Positions 30,761 to 40,583 of a stretch of DNA of 64,000 bases are shown here, piece by piece. Within the stretch, counting starts at the first letter, position 1. Every line of letters begins with the position of its first letter. The stretch lies in the NCBI GenBank assembly GCA_965243135.1, contig OZ251539.1, forward strand, positions 3,520,001 to 3,584,000. The letters are read 5' to 3'. The notes beneath the pieces are model-generated. The model ran no database searches. It was given only the letters and a program-made list of their open reading frames with translations, and was not told the origin of the DNA. Origin of the DNA: Alphaproteobacteria bacterium (GTDB lineage: Bacteria; Pseudomonadota; Alphaproteobacteria; MPNO01; UBA830). The position numbers and the translations under genes are program-made.

Positions 30761-32425
30761 CTACGGTTGCTTCTCTAGCGACAGCAAACGCTCCACGGCG
30801 GACATGGTTACCTGACCATTCTCCATAAACACGTCGGGGATTCCGCCGCCGTAGAAATAGACGTTCTCCTTTCCAAAAATTTCGCGGGCGTCCCTCAATG
30901 TGTCCCCTTCTCGGCTCCCTAAATCCGATAGCCGGACTTCCGAGAACGGTCGCCATCCGCGATAATCAGCATGCTGTCCGACAACAACGCTGCACTTCAC
31001 TTGCCGCGGCGGTTCCTTACGTTGGCAACGCGCGGCGAAAAATGCGCGATACTCTGCGTCATCCCGCGGCAGCGAATATCCCATGAATACGATATGGTCG
31101 GCCTGTTGGACCAAGACTCGTAAATCTCTCTCGATTTCCTCTATGAACGGCGGCGGCGACTTCTTAAAGTTACTCTGCATTACGAGTTGGGCGTCATGCG
31201 CCGAGGTCAACGTTCCGCAGTGAACGCAAGCGCGCGCATCCACTCGGCCTTCGCCCCAAGCTTCGTCTTCCTCCGAATTCGGGCGGCGAAACGTATCCGG
31301 CGGCACAAACGCTTTGAGCGGCGGCGGAGGAATGAGCGTAGGAGAATGCACCTCCCACTCATCGCCCATGTGCGACGACGGTTTGCCGCAATCGGGACAC
31401 TCCCGCCACCACAAGCATCCATGCGGAAAAAGAAACTTCGTAATTCGGATCCTGTCCGTCGCGCCGTGACCCGCGTCATTGAGACGTTGAGCGACCGACT
31501 CGTTCATCGGGTAGAAAGGTCGCTGTCCTTCTTCTTCTCTTGCGATACGATGGCCGCCGACGAAATGTCCCAGGTCATGGAACAACTGGAGCCTCGACGC
31601 CGGACAGCCGACATGGGGCACGGTTGCCATTTTGTTGAGTTCCCGATTGGCAAGGAACTGCATCCACAGCGCGATCGGGTCGTAGTTCATGCTCGCAAAT
31701 GCGACATCGCCCAAATAGAATCCGCGATCATCGAAAGCCACTTTTTGATCGACAAGTTCTCGTCCCTGTCGCTGCATACGCTTTCCGAGCATCTTCGCGA
31801 ACTCGTAATGACGTTGCAGATCGTCCGTCTTTTCGCGTCGGCAATGCTGCCAACTCACGTAAAACATCGCCTGCAAGATGAGCTTCAGCGCGTCACGCGC
31901 TCCACGCACTCGATTCGGGGTCAAAAACTCCTCGGACAGGTTTTTCGCTCTGACGCGAAAACCGTGACCGCTCCGGTCGTGCAAATCCAGAATATTGAAA
32001 AGATCGGGCAGATCGACAATGCCTTTTTCGTTTTTCGGGCAAACGGCGATTACGGCCTTCAACGCCGGCCAGTCGTATAAACTCCGGAGGCGATACGTCC
32101 GGGACCTGAGCTCGTCATTCGGCGCGTCCGTGGAATTACGACGCATAGCGTCCATCTGCTCCGAAGTGATGGCATCGGGCGGCACGCCCTCCGCGTCGCT
32201 GTCGCCCAAAACGATCAACAAATCGCAAAATGCCGAAACCCACGTTTCGTCGTCGATGTCTCCTAGCGCCTGACGGACCCGGTTTCGCAGCGTCGCCTCC
32301 GACGAATTCCCCTCCATACCCGCGAATTTGCAAACGAGCTCGGCCTGCTGATCCGTCGTTCGCATTCCCAAGCTTGCGGTCGCGCCGGATCCCCAAAAAA
32401 TGACGGTTTTCCCCGCTTGATTCAT
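30761..32425 (-). CDS. SIR2-like (sirtuin-fold) protein with Zn ribbon, candidate NADase
   Basis: VIFWGSGAT, ASMNYD, KFLFPHGC, CPDC...CVHC, IVFMGYSLP.DD. Confidence 0.75.
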   Translation of the reverse strand: MNQAGKTVIFWGSGATASLGMRTTDQQAELVCKFAGMEGNSSEATLRNRVRQALGDIDDETWVSAFCDLLIVLGDSDAEGVPPDAITSEQMDAMRRNSTDAPNDELRSRTYRLRSLYDWPALKAVIAVCPKNEKGIVDLPDLFNILDLHDRSGHGFRVRAKNLSEEFLTPNRVRGARDALKLILQAMFYVSWQHCRREKTDDLQRHYEFAKMLGKRMQRQGRELVDQKVAFDDRGFYLGDVAFASMNYDPIALWMQFLANRELNKMATVPHVGCPASRLQLFHDLGHFVGGHRIAREEEGQRPFYPMNESVAQRLNDAGHGATDRIRITKFLFPHGCLWWRECPDCGKPSSHMGDEWEVHSPTLIPPPPLKAFVPPDTFRRPNSEEDEAWGEGRVDARACVHCGTLTSAHDAQLVMQSNFKKSPPPFIEEIERDLRVLVQQADHIVFMGYSLPRDDAEYRAFFAARCQRKEPPRQVKCSVVVGQHADYRGWRPFSEVRLSDLGSREGDTLRDAREIFGKENVYFYGGGIPDVFMENGQVTMSAVERLLSLEKQP

Positions 32426-32877
32426 CCGACTGATTTAGAGGTTTTGGCTGGTACTTTGATGCCGACAAGCTCGATTTCTTTTATGTCTATATCGTCTCCA
32501 TTTAGCTTTATTTTTGCCGTTAATTTTGTTGCATTGACGGCAGGTGCAGACAGACCTGATTTTAGGTCTGGGTTCTTTACTTGTAATTCAACATGATCCT
32601 CATTCATTTTTAACAGTATGGAATGATAGAAATAACAATTTTCCGATTCATCGTTTCCATTGGCGTTTTTTCTGTCAGTCCGAAATTTGGCGTAATTTTT
32701 GCAGCCAATTTTCACGATATGCTCTGCATCGGGCACGAAATATACTTTCACGTCCAGACCATAATTTGAAAATTCAGGACCAATTTTGTAACTAATTGTG
32801 CCGTTAGACCTGAGTGTCTTTTTCTTGATGAATTCTAGGGATTGGTCTTCTTTTCCCGACCTGCCGTTGCTTGCCAT
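32422..32877 (-). CDS. Low-GC hypothetical protein coupled (ATGA) to the SIR2-like gene
   Basis: AT-rich ORF, GGAGG RBS before ATG 32877, stop overlaps the SIR2 start. Confidence 0.7.
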   Translation of the reverse strand: MASNGRSGKEDQSLEFIKKKTLRSNGTISYKIGPEFSNYGLDVKVYFVPDAEHIVKIGCKNYAKFRTDRKNANGNDESENCYFYHSILLKMNEDHVELQVKNPDLKSGLSAPAVNATKLTAKIKLNGDDIDIKEIELVGIKVPAKTSKSVG

Positions 32878-32989
32878 AATACATAACCTCCAAAACGTCG
32901 TTGGATTGGCCGAATGCCGCTCAATAAGCACCGTTGCCGTTGCCTGTCAACCAAATAGCATCGTCTTGGTGCAAACGCGCCACCCAGTT

Positions 32990-34878
32990 GACAGGCTACA
33001 GGAAGGCCAGTCCCAATGTCTGAGCGAGGCGCCTCTCCCCGCTGACGCCTAACCGTGCCTCCCGGCGCCGTGCGCGTGCCGGCTTTTCGGGTTATGATCG
33101 TCCGGCAGCGTAGCGAAAGCCGTTCGACCATGCGCTTCTTCAACACGCCGGCCCGAACCGGCCCGAATTGCACTATTGCATCCCGGCGCTGGAACGTCTG
33201 GATGTGGACGAGACGCTCCGGCTCGTTCGCGACGAGAAGTATTTCACGCTGCACGCCCCGAGGCAGACGGGCAAGACATCCGTTCTGCTCGCCCTGCAGG
33301 GTCTGCTGATCCGGCAGGGCTACCATTGCCTGTACGCCACCGTCGAGGAGGCGGGTAGCGGCCTCGAAGACGTGGAACGGACGGTGCGGACTGTGCTCGA
33401 CAATCTGGCTTACGAGGCGCAGGAGGCGCTCGACGATTCCTTTCTGACGGAAGTCTGGCCCACCATCCTTGCCGAATCCGGCCCCGACCTGGCTTTGGGA
33501 ATGGCGCTGCAGAGATGAGCGAAGGCATCGCCGAAGCCGCTGGTGCTGCTGATCGACGAGATCGACGCCTTGCAGGGCGGATCGCTGCTTTCCGTGCTCC
33601 GGCAGTTGCGCGCGGGTTACCGCAAGCGTCCGGGAGGCTTTCCGCAAAGCGTGGTGCTGTGCGGGATGCGGGACGTGCGCGACTACCTCATCGACTCGAC
33701 CGGCAGCCCCTTCAACATCGTCGCGAAGTCGCTGCGTCTGGGCGACTTCAGCCGGGAGGAGGCGCTGGCGCTGCTCGGCCAGCATACCGCCGAGACGGGG
33801 CAGGCGTTCACGGCGGGGGCGCAGGAGACGGTGTGGGAGCAGACCCTGGGCCAGCCGTGGCTGGTGAACGCGCTGGCGCAGGAAGCCTGCTTCGAGAGCG
33901 CGTCCGGGCGCGACCGCTCGCGCGCCGTGACGGGCGGCGACATCGCCGACGCACGGGAGCGGCTCATCCTGAGCCGGGTGACGCATCTGGACTATTTGGC
34001 GTACAGGCTCGGGGAGGACCGCGTGCGGCAGGTGATCGAGCCGCTGTTGAGCGGCGGCGACCGCCGCCGCGCCGCCAACCTCGACACCGAATACGTGCGG
34101 GATCTCGGCCTGATCGCGAAAGACGCGCCGCCGCGCATCGCCAACCCGATCTATGCGGAGGTGATCCTGCGCGAACTGACCTTCGAAGCCCAAGACGAGG
34201 AAGACTCGGCTTGATAGGTCGGCGCCGACAGCGGCGGGCGGGCGGGAGTTCGGGCTGTGCCGGGGGCGCGTCGACCTGCTGATCGTCTGGCCGAAGGGCG
34301 ACGGCGAGCAGAAGTTCGTGGTCGAGTGCAAGGTGCTGCGCGGGAGCCTGGAGACGACGGTCGCCGCGGGGCTGGAGCAGATCGCGGGTTACCGCTGCGC
34401 GGCTGAGACGGGCCGCCTTGTGCTCTTCAACCGCGACGAGAAGAAGCTCTGGAGCGAGAAGATCTTCCGTCGCTCGGAATCGAACGTCGAGATCTGGGGC
34501 ATGTAGTGGACGGCTTCCCCGCAGATCGCCAGAATTTACATGCGGCAATCGGCCGGGCAGCGGCTCTCGTCTACATGCCGCGGGAACCGGACACTGCCTT
34601 GGCAACTACCTTCGTGGACATGTCCGACCGGGCGCGAGAACTTAACCGGACAAGCGGACGAGGTCGCCGGAAACGAACGGGAAACCGCGTGGCCACAACG
34701 ACATCAAAGGGCATACTGCGCGCATGATCGCGTTGTTCACCGATTTCGGCGCGGCGGGACCCTATGTCGGCCACATCAGAGCTGTCCTCCTCCGGGAAGC
34801 GCCTGAAGTGCCCGTGATCGACCTGCAGCACGATGCGCCGCCGTTCCAAGCGCAAGCGTCCGCCTACCTGCTTGCGGC
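32990..34878 (+). repeat. ~1.9-kb direct repeat, copy 2
   Basis: Matches 28376-30398 and runs into the intact DUF62 gene. Confidence 0.92.
33130..34506 (+). pseudogene. AAA-like ATPase with PD-(D/E)XK domain, copy 2
   Basis: Same motifs as copy 1; early frameshift, two TGA stops and an internal deletion. Confidence 0.88.
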
Positions 34879-35455
34879 GCTGACCGGCGCCTTTCCGGAC
34901 GACGCGGTTTTCCTCTGCGTCGTCGACCCGGGCGTCGGCGGCGACCGGGTGCCTGCGATAGTCGAAGCCGACGGACGCCGCTTCGTGGGCCCCGACAACG
35001 GGCTGTTCGAAATCGTCATGCGCCGCGCCTCGAGAGCGTCCTTCAGACGAATCGTCTGGCGGCCGGACAATCTGTCGGCGAGCTTTCACGGCCGCGACCT
35101 GTTCGCTCCGGCGGCCGCCCGTATTGCGCTCGGAAAAGAGGTGGAAACCGAGGAACGCCCCGTCGACGAGGCGCGCCGCCGACACTGGCCGGACGACCTG
35201 CAGGAAGTGATCTATCTCGATGTCTACGGCAACGCCATGACCGGCGTCCGCGCGAATCGGATTCCCTCGTCCGCCGTTATCGACGTCGCCGGCCGTGAAC
35301 TCGCGCGGGCGAGAACGTTTTCGGACCTGCCCGAGGGCGCGGCGTTCTGGTACGAGAATTCCTCCGGCCTCGTCGAGTTCGCCGTCAACCGCGGAAATGC
35401 CGCCGCGACCCTGGGCCTCCGGGTCGGCGCGACCTTCTCGATAAACGCGGCGTAG
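34724..35455 (+). CDS. SAM hydroxide adenosyltransferase (DUF62, chlorinase/fluorinase-like)
   Basis: FTDFG, VVDPGVG, GPDNG, SFHGRDLFAP, YLDVYGN, NSSGLVE.AVN.G. Confidence 0.92.
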   Translation: MIALFTDFGAAGPYVGHIRAVLLREAPEVPVIDLQHDAPPFQAQASAYLLAALTGAFPDDAVFLCVVDPGVGGDRVPAIVEADGRRFVGPDNGLFEIVMRRASRASFRRIVWRPDNLSASFHGRDLFAPAAARIALGKEVETEERPVDEARRRHWPDDLQEVIYLDVYGNAMTGVRANRIPSSAVIDVAGRELARARTFSDLPEGAAFWYENSSGLVEFAVNRGNAAATLGLRVGATFSINAA

Positions 35456-35499
35456 AACGTGAAAATCCGCCGAAGGACGGCCTCTCCCCGGTCGCAGTC

Positions 35500-36255
35500 A
35501 TGGACCGCCTGATCGGCGACCCGGTCTTCGCCGCCGTCTCGGTCGGCGCCGTGCTCCTCGCCGGACTGTCGAAAGGCGGCTTCGGAGGCGGAATCGGTTT
35601 CGTCGGCGTACTGGCGCTCGCGCAGGTATCGTCGCCTGCCCAAGCGGTCGCCATAATGCTGCCCATCCTTTGCATCATGGACCTTATCGGCGTTCACGCC
35701 TATCGCAGGCATTGGGACGGACCGAGCCTGAAGGTGCTGGGAATCGGAAGCATGATCGGCATCGTCCTCGGCATGGTGGTCTTCCGATGGGTCGACGAGC
35801 AGTTCGTGCGGCTGATGGTCGGCGCGATCGCGGTCGCCTTCTTCGTCGATTTCTTCCGTTCCGGCGGCGAAAAAGCCGCCGCGCGCATCTTTCCGAAACC
35901 GATAGGCTACGGCCTCGGAGCCGTGGCGGGCTTCACCAGTTTCCTCATTCACGCCGGACTGCCGCCGGTCGCGATGTACCTGCTGCCGCAACGGCTGGAC
36001 AAGCGGGTGCACGTCGGCACGCTGGTCATCCTCTTCTTCGTCATCAACTACGCCAAGATCGTCCCCTACTGGTGGCTCGGCCTGCTCACGACGGACAATA
36101 TGGCGGCCTCGTTGATGCTGGCGCCGCTCGCTCCGGTGGGCATGCTGATCGGCATCAAGGTCAATCACATGATTTCGCAGAAATGGTTCACCCGCGCGAG
36201 CTACGTCATTCTGTTCGCGCTCGGTCTGCGGATGGTCTACGAGGGACTCGCGTAG
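35500..36255 (+). CDS. TauE/SafE sulfite-exporter family membrane protein
   Basis: GLSKGGFGGG, AIMLPILC.MD, AGFTSF..HAG.PP, N.AK..PY. Confidence 0.88.
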   Translation: MDRLIGDPVFAAVSVGAVLLAGLSKGGFGGGIGFVGVLALAQVSSPAQAVAIMLPILCIMDLIGVHAYRRHWDGPSLKVLGIGSMIGIVLGMVVFRWVDEQFVRLMVGAIAVAFFVDFFRSGGEKAAARIFPKPIGYGLGAVAGFTSFLIHAGLPPVAMYLLPQRLDKRVHVGTLVILFFVINYAKIVPYWWLGLLTTDNMAASLMLAPLAPVGMLIGIKVNHMISQKWFTRASYVILFALGLRMVYEGLA

Positions 36256-36266
36256 GCGCGACGCCG

Positions 36267-37085
36267 TCAGCCGCCGCGGCGGATCAGCAGCGCCTTGATT
36301 TCTTCCAGTTCGCGCCGGAGTTCCCGGTATTCGGCCGAACGCAGGCTGTGCTCCTCGTGAACCACGTCGCTGACTTCCTCGACCGCTTCCTTTTTCTCGT
36401 CCGCATGAATGGTCTGCATGGAGTCGATGATGATCGCGATGAAGAGGTTGAGAACGGTGAAACTGGAAAGCGTTATGAACGTGACGAAGACGGCCCAGGC
36501 CCAAGGATAAACCTCCATCACCGGGCGAACGATGCCCATCGACCAGCTTTCCAGCGTCATGATCTGGAACAGGCTGTACATGGAGTCGCCGACGGTTCCG
36601 AACCATGCGGGGAACTCGCTGGCGAACAGCTTGGTCGTGATCACGGAGAAGACGTAGAAGACGAGCAGCAAGAGGGCGCCGATGGAAACGACGCCGGGCA
36701 CGGCGTGTAGAAGCGCGCCGACCACGCGGCGCAGCCGGGGAACCGCCGAAACCAGACGAAGCACCCGCAGAACGCGCAGAGCGCGCAGCACCGAGAGTCC
36801 GCCGCTCGACGGAATCAGGGTGATCGCCACCACGAGGAAGTCGAAGACGCTCCATGGATCGCGGAAGAACCTCGGACCGTGCGCGAACAGCCGCAGGACG
36901 ATCTCCACGCAGAAGATCGCGATCACGGCCTGATCGAACATGACCAGTTCCGGTCCGATCAGGGCCATCGCAGTCTGCGAGGTCTCCAGACCGAGGGTTA
37001 CGGCGTTCACCGCGATCAGGGCCATGATGGCGGTTTGAAATCTGCGGTTTTCGACCAGCAGGCGAACGCGCCTCCTGATGCCCAT
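36267..37085 (-). CDS. Bacterial voltage-gated sodium channel (NaChBac/NavAb type)
   Basis: S4 LRALRVLRVLRL, selectivity filter TLESWSM, LNLFIAII. Confidence 0.92.
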   Translation of the reverse strand: MGIRRRVRLLVENRRFQTAIMALIAVNAVTLGLETSQTAMALIGPELVMFDQAVIAIFCVEIVLRLFAHGPRFFRDPWSVFDFLVVAITLIPSSGGLSVLRALRVLRVLRLVSAVPRLRRVVGALLHAVPGVVSIGALLLLVFYVFSVITTKLFASEFPAWFGTVGDSMYSLFQIMTLESWSMGIVRPVMEVYPWAWAVFVTFITLSSFTVLNLFIAIIIDSMQTIHADEKKEAVEEVSDVVHEEHSLRSAEYRELRRELEEIKALLIRRGG

Positions 37086-37350
37086 TGTCGGCTCCCCTTG
37101 TTTGAAGCGGGTTTCTATCCAAGATCGCCGCCGATGGCCACACGAACAGGGCTGCGGAAAAGCCTCTTCGCGGCATCTTTCGCCCCGGCGACGCCGCGCA
37201 CGCCGCGGCGCCGGGCAAGCGAACGGCCGGGCGCGTCCGCTGCATTGCCGTACCCCAGGATGCGCAGCGGGCGGCGGCGCCCGCACGCCGATCCCAAACG
37301 GCGAGGCAACGACCGCCTTCGCGCGGCGGCTTCCGCGCCACGCGCCACGA

Positions 37351-38535
37351 TCAGAATTGCGCCGTGCCGGACGGCAAGCCGAGGGCGACGCGCCCGTACA
37401 GCGTGGAGCACATGTCGCGGTTCAAGCTGATGTGCTTCGACGCCGCGTGCAGGTCGCGCCAGTAGCGCTGAATCAGGCCGTCGCCGGAGAGCCCGGCGCC
37501 GCCGACGCTCTCGAACAGCAGATCGACCGCGCGCCGCGCGAGACCGACCGCAAAAGCGAGATCGCCCTTGTTGCGGGCGCGCTCTAATTCCGTCAGAGGC
37601 CGCCCCTCCGCCATCACCCGGAGGATGTCGCGGCAGTCGCGGCGCACCAGCAGTCTGGCGGCGTCCACCGTCGCCGCGGCTTCCGCGACGCGAGCCTGGA
37701 TGGTCGGAAATTCAGCCATTCCGACCGCGCGGCTCAGCGCCGCGCCGCGCGTCTTGCGCGTTCCGACTTCCTCAAGATAGGTCTCCAGCGCTCCCTGAGC
37801 CATTCCGATCGCCGGCGCGCAAAGACAGATCGTAATGGCGGCGAAGAAAGGCACCTTCCACAGATCGCCGCGGTTGACGGAAGCGCCCGGCGGTTCGCCC
37901 GACAGGGCGTCCTCGAGAGACAACATGCGGTGGGCCGGCACGAACGCGTCGTCGACCAGAACGTCGCTGCTGCCGGTGCCGACAAGGCCGATCACGTCCC
38001 AATTGTCTTCGACGGCGAAGTCGGCTTTCGGAACGAGAACGTAGCCCTGTCCGTCAGGTTCGGACCGTCCGTCCGCGGCCACGCGCACGCCGAGAATGAT
38101 CCACTCGGCGTTGAGGACCCCGGAACAGTAGAGCCACCTGCCGCTCAGCCGATAACCTCGGCCGGTCGCGACCGCGACGCCCGCGGGCGAATAGGACGAC
38201 GCCGAGATTGCCCCGGGATCGGCGCCCCATACGTCCTGTTGGGCGCGGTCGTCGAACATGCCGATCTGCCATTGATGCGCCGCCGCCGTCGAATAGACCC
38301 ATGCGGTCGAACCGCATCCGGCCCCGATCTCGGCGGCGCAGCGCACGAACGACCACAGGTCCAGTTCGAATCCGCCGTAACGAGCGGGTTGAAGAACCTT
38401 GTACAATTCGGCTTTTCGGAGATCGGCGACGCTTTCGTCGGGGACGCGGCGCGCGCGTTCGGTTTCGCGCTGGCGCGCCCGAAGCGCCGGTTTCAGGGCG
38501 GCGGCGCGGCCTACGAGTTCATTTGCGGAAGTCAT
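37351..38535 (-). CDS. Flavin-dependent monooxygenase, acyl-CoA dehydrogenase fold (HsaA/C2-like)
   Basis: QPARYGG, CGSTAW, LSGRW.YCSG, W..IGL.GTGS, QRYWRD.H. Confidence 0.85.
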   Translation of the reverse strand: MTSANELVGRAAALKPALRARQRETERARRVPDESVADLRKAELYKVLQPARYGGFELDLWSFVRCAAEIGAGCGSTAWVYSTAAAHQWQIGMFDDRAQQDVWGADPGAISASSYSPAGVAVATGRGYRLSGRWLYCSGVLNAEWIILGVRVAADGRSEPDGQGYVLVPKADFAVEDNWDVIGLVGTGSSDVLVDDAFVPAHRMLSLEDALSGEPPGASVNRGDLWKVPFFAAITICLCAPAIGMAQGALETYLEEVGTRKTRGAALSRAVGMAEFPTIQARVAEAAATVDAARLLVRRDCRDILRVMAEGRPLTELERARNKGDLAFAVGLARRAVDLLFESVGGAGLSGDGLIQRYWRDLHAASKHISLNRDMCSTLYGRVALGLPSGTAQF

Positions 38536-38584
38536 CTCCGTGGATACTGAAACAGCCGCTGCGCCCTGTCCAGAAGCCGACCGC

Positions 38585-39241
38585 CTATTCGAGGACGCGG
38601 TCCTCGCTCAGCTTCCCGGCGCGGGCGCGCTGAGCCGCATCGAGAACCGTCTCCAGCTGCGCGCGCGCGTCGGACGCGCCCTCGACGCCGCGGGATTCGG
38701 CCGCCCGGAACCAGGCCCATGCTTCGGCGAGATCCTTCTCCGCGCCTTCTCCGCGCGCGTAGAGCCACCCGAGGTTCAGTTGCGCCGGCCCGTATCCCCG
38801 GCGCGCCGCCTCGACGTACCAGCCGCCCGCTTCGGACCGCTCGTCTCCATTCCCGTTCTCCAGCATGTGCGCGAGATTGAACGCCGCCTCGACGATTCCC
38901 TGGCGCGCCGCGCGCCGGTACCAGATCAACGCGCCGTCTCTGTCGACGGCCGTTCCCGAGCCGAACTGAAAGGCTGTCCCCACCTTGTACTGCGCCTCCG
39001 GATGGCCCTGCCGGGCCGCCTGGAAAAACCATCGGAAGGCCTTTTCCGGATCCCGGTCCCGGGATCCCTCGCCTCGCTCGTAGAGAAGTCCGAGAAGGAA
39101 ACTCGCCGAGGGCGATCCCGATTCGGCTTCGCGCTCGTACCAGCGCATGGCTCCGCCGTAGGACTCGGCAGGCTGGGCGATCGCTTGCGCAGACGCGCAC
39201 GAAACGGCCACTGCAACCGCTAAAGCGTAGAATCGGAACAT
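38585..39241 (-). CDS. Exported Sel1-repeat protein
   Basis: Signal peptide and repeated A..W...AA.QG...AQ..LG motifs. Confidence 0.88.
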   Translation of the reverse strand: MFRFYALAVAVAVSCASAQAIAQPAESYGGAMRWYEREAESGSPSASFLLGLLYERGEGSRDRDPEKAFRWFFQAARQGHPEAQYKVGTAFQFGSGTAVDRDGALIWYRRAARQGIVEAAFNLAHMLENGNGDERSEAGGWYVEAARRGYGPAQLNLGWLYARGEGAEKDLAEAWAWFRAAESRGVEGASDARAQLETVLDAAQRARAGKLSEDRVLE

Positions 39242-39578
39242 GCGGGGTCAATTCTCGATACGGGAGGCAAGCTGGCGACGAACGGGGCTATCGTCCCGTC
39301 ACTATCACGAAACCGTCGTCCATCCAACCTCGCAGGAGCTTCATGCGGCAAGCGACGCGAAAGCGCCGGACGTCGGGCCGCCGCGGGAACGAAGCGGCGC
39401 TTTTCCGAAGCCGGAGGCCGAGTCGGCGCCGGAGGGCGAACCGGCCCGCGAGCGCCGCGCCGAATCGTCGCGGTCGCGTCGCCGAGAGCGGGCCGCCGGA
39501 CCGGGAAAAACCGTCGGTCCCGCGGAGCGCCGACGAAACCGTCCGAGGATTTTTCCGGCGGCCGGCCGCCGAGGCCGC

Positions 39579-40583
39579 TCATTCGGGACGGCGCCTGACG
39601 TCGACGACGATCCGGCCACGGACATCGCCGTCAAGAATGCGCCGCCCGAGCCCGATCACGTCCTCGAGGCCGACCACGCTCGTCAGTCCCGACAGGGATT
39701 CGGCCGGCAAGTCGCGCGCGAGCCGCCGCCACGCCGTCCGGCGGCGCTCGTAGGGGCACATCACGGAATCGATGCCCAAGAGTTTCACGCCGCGCAGCAG
39801 AAACGGGATCACGGTGGTTCGAAGTTCGCTGCCGCCGGCGAGTCCGCAGGACGCAACCGCTCCCTCGCGGGCGATCTGCGGCAGAATCGCCGCCAGCGTC
39901 GTTCCGCCCACCGCGTCGACGCAGCCGGCCCACCGTTCGGAAAGGAGGGGACGCGAGGGAGCCTCGGCCAGCTCGGCGCGGTCGACGACTCCGGCCGCGC
40001 CGAGGGATTTCAGGCCTTCGGCGAGTTCCATGCGTCCGGTCGACGCGGTCACGCGGTATCCCAACCTGGAGAGCAGGGCGACGGCGACGCCGCCGAGACC
40101 GCCGTTGGCGCCCGTCACCAGCACCTCGCCGCCGACGGGCGACAGGCCGGCCTCTTCCAGGGCCATGACGGCCAGCATGGCGGTGAAGCCGGCGGTGCCG
40201 ACGGCCATCGCCTGTTCGTTGGAGAGTTCGTCCGGACATTTCACGAGCCAGCCGGCTTCGACCCGCGCCCGTTCCGCGTAGCCGCCCCAACGGGATTCGC
40301 CGACGCGCCAGCCGGTCAGGATCACCCGGTCGCCTTTCCGGTAGCGTTCGGACGACGACCGCGCGACCGTGCCGGCGAAGTCGATTCCCGGGACGTGCGG
40401 GTAGTCGCGCACCAGTCGGCCCAGGCCGTTCAGGACGAGCCCGTCCTTGTAGTTGAGGGTCGAATGGCTGACGTCGACGGTGACGTCGCCGTCGGGAAGA
40501 TCCTCGTCGGCCACCGTCGAGACCGCGGCCGTCACCTTGCTTTCCGCCTCTTCAAGGACGACGGCGCGAAATCGATCGCTCAT
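39579..40583 (-). CDS. acuI: Acryloyl-CoA reductase AcuI/YhdH (MDR family)
   Basis: STLNYKDG, VPGID.AGTV, GTAGFTAML, TGA.GG.G, PFLLRGV.LLGIDSV. Confidence 0.88.
   Translation of the reverse strand: MSDRFRAVVLEEAESKVTAAVSTVADEDLPDGDVTVDVSHSTLNYKDGLVLNGLGRLVRDYPHVPGIDFAGTVARSSSERYRKGDRVILTGWRVGESRWGGYAERARVEAGWLVKCPDELSNEQAMAVGTAGFTAMLAVMALEEAGLSPVGGEVLVTGANGGLGGVAVALLSRLGYRVTASTGRMELAEGLKSLGAAGVVDRAELAEAPSRPLLSERWAGCVDAVGGTTLAAILPQIAREGAVASCGLAGGSELRTTVIPFLLRGVKLLGIDSVMCPYERRRTAWRRLARDLPAESLSGLTSVVGLEDVIGLGRRILDGDVRGRIVVDVRRRPE

Noticed and set aside
18209-34506. Programmed frameshifting in the AAA genes
   Set aside because: Breaks differ between paralogous copies, include nonsense codons and lack slippery sites.
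34724-35455. Fluorinase/chlorinase for halometabolite synthesis
   Set aside because: Short DUF62 type with the FHGRD motif and no biosynthetic cluster; SAM hydrolase is more likely.
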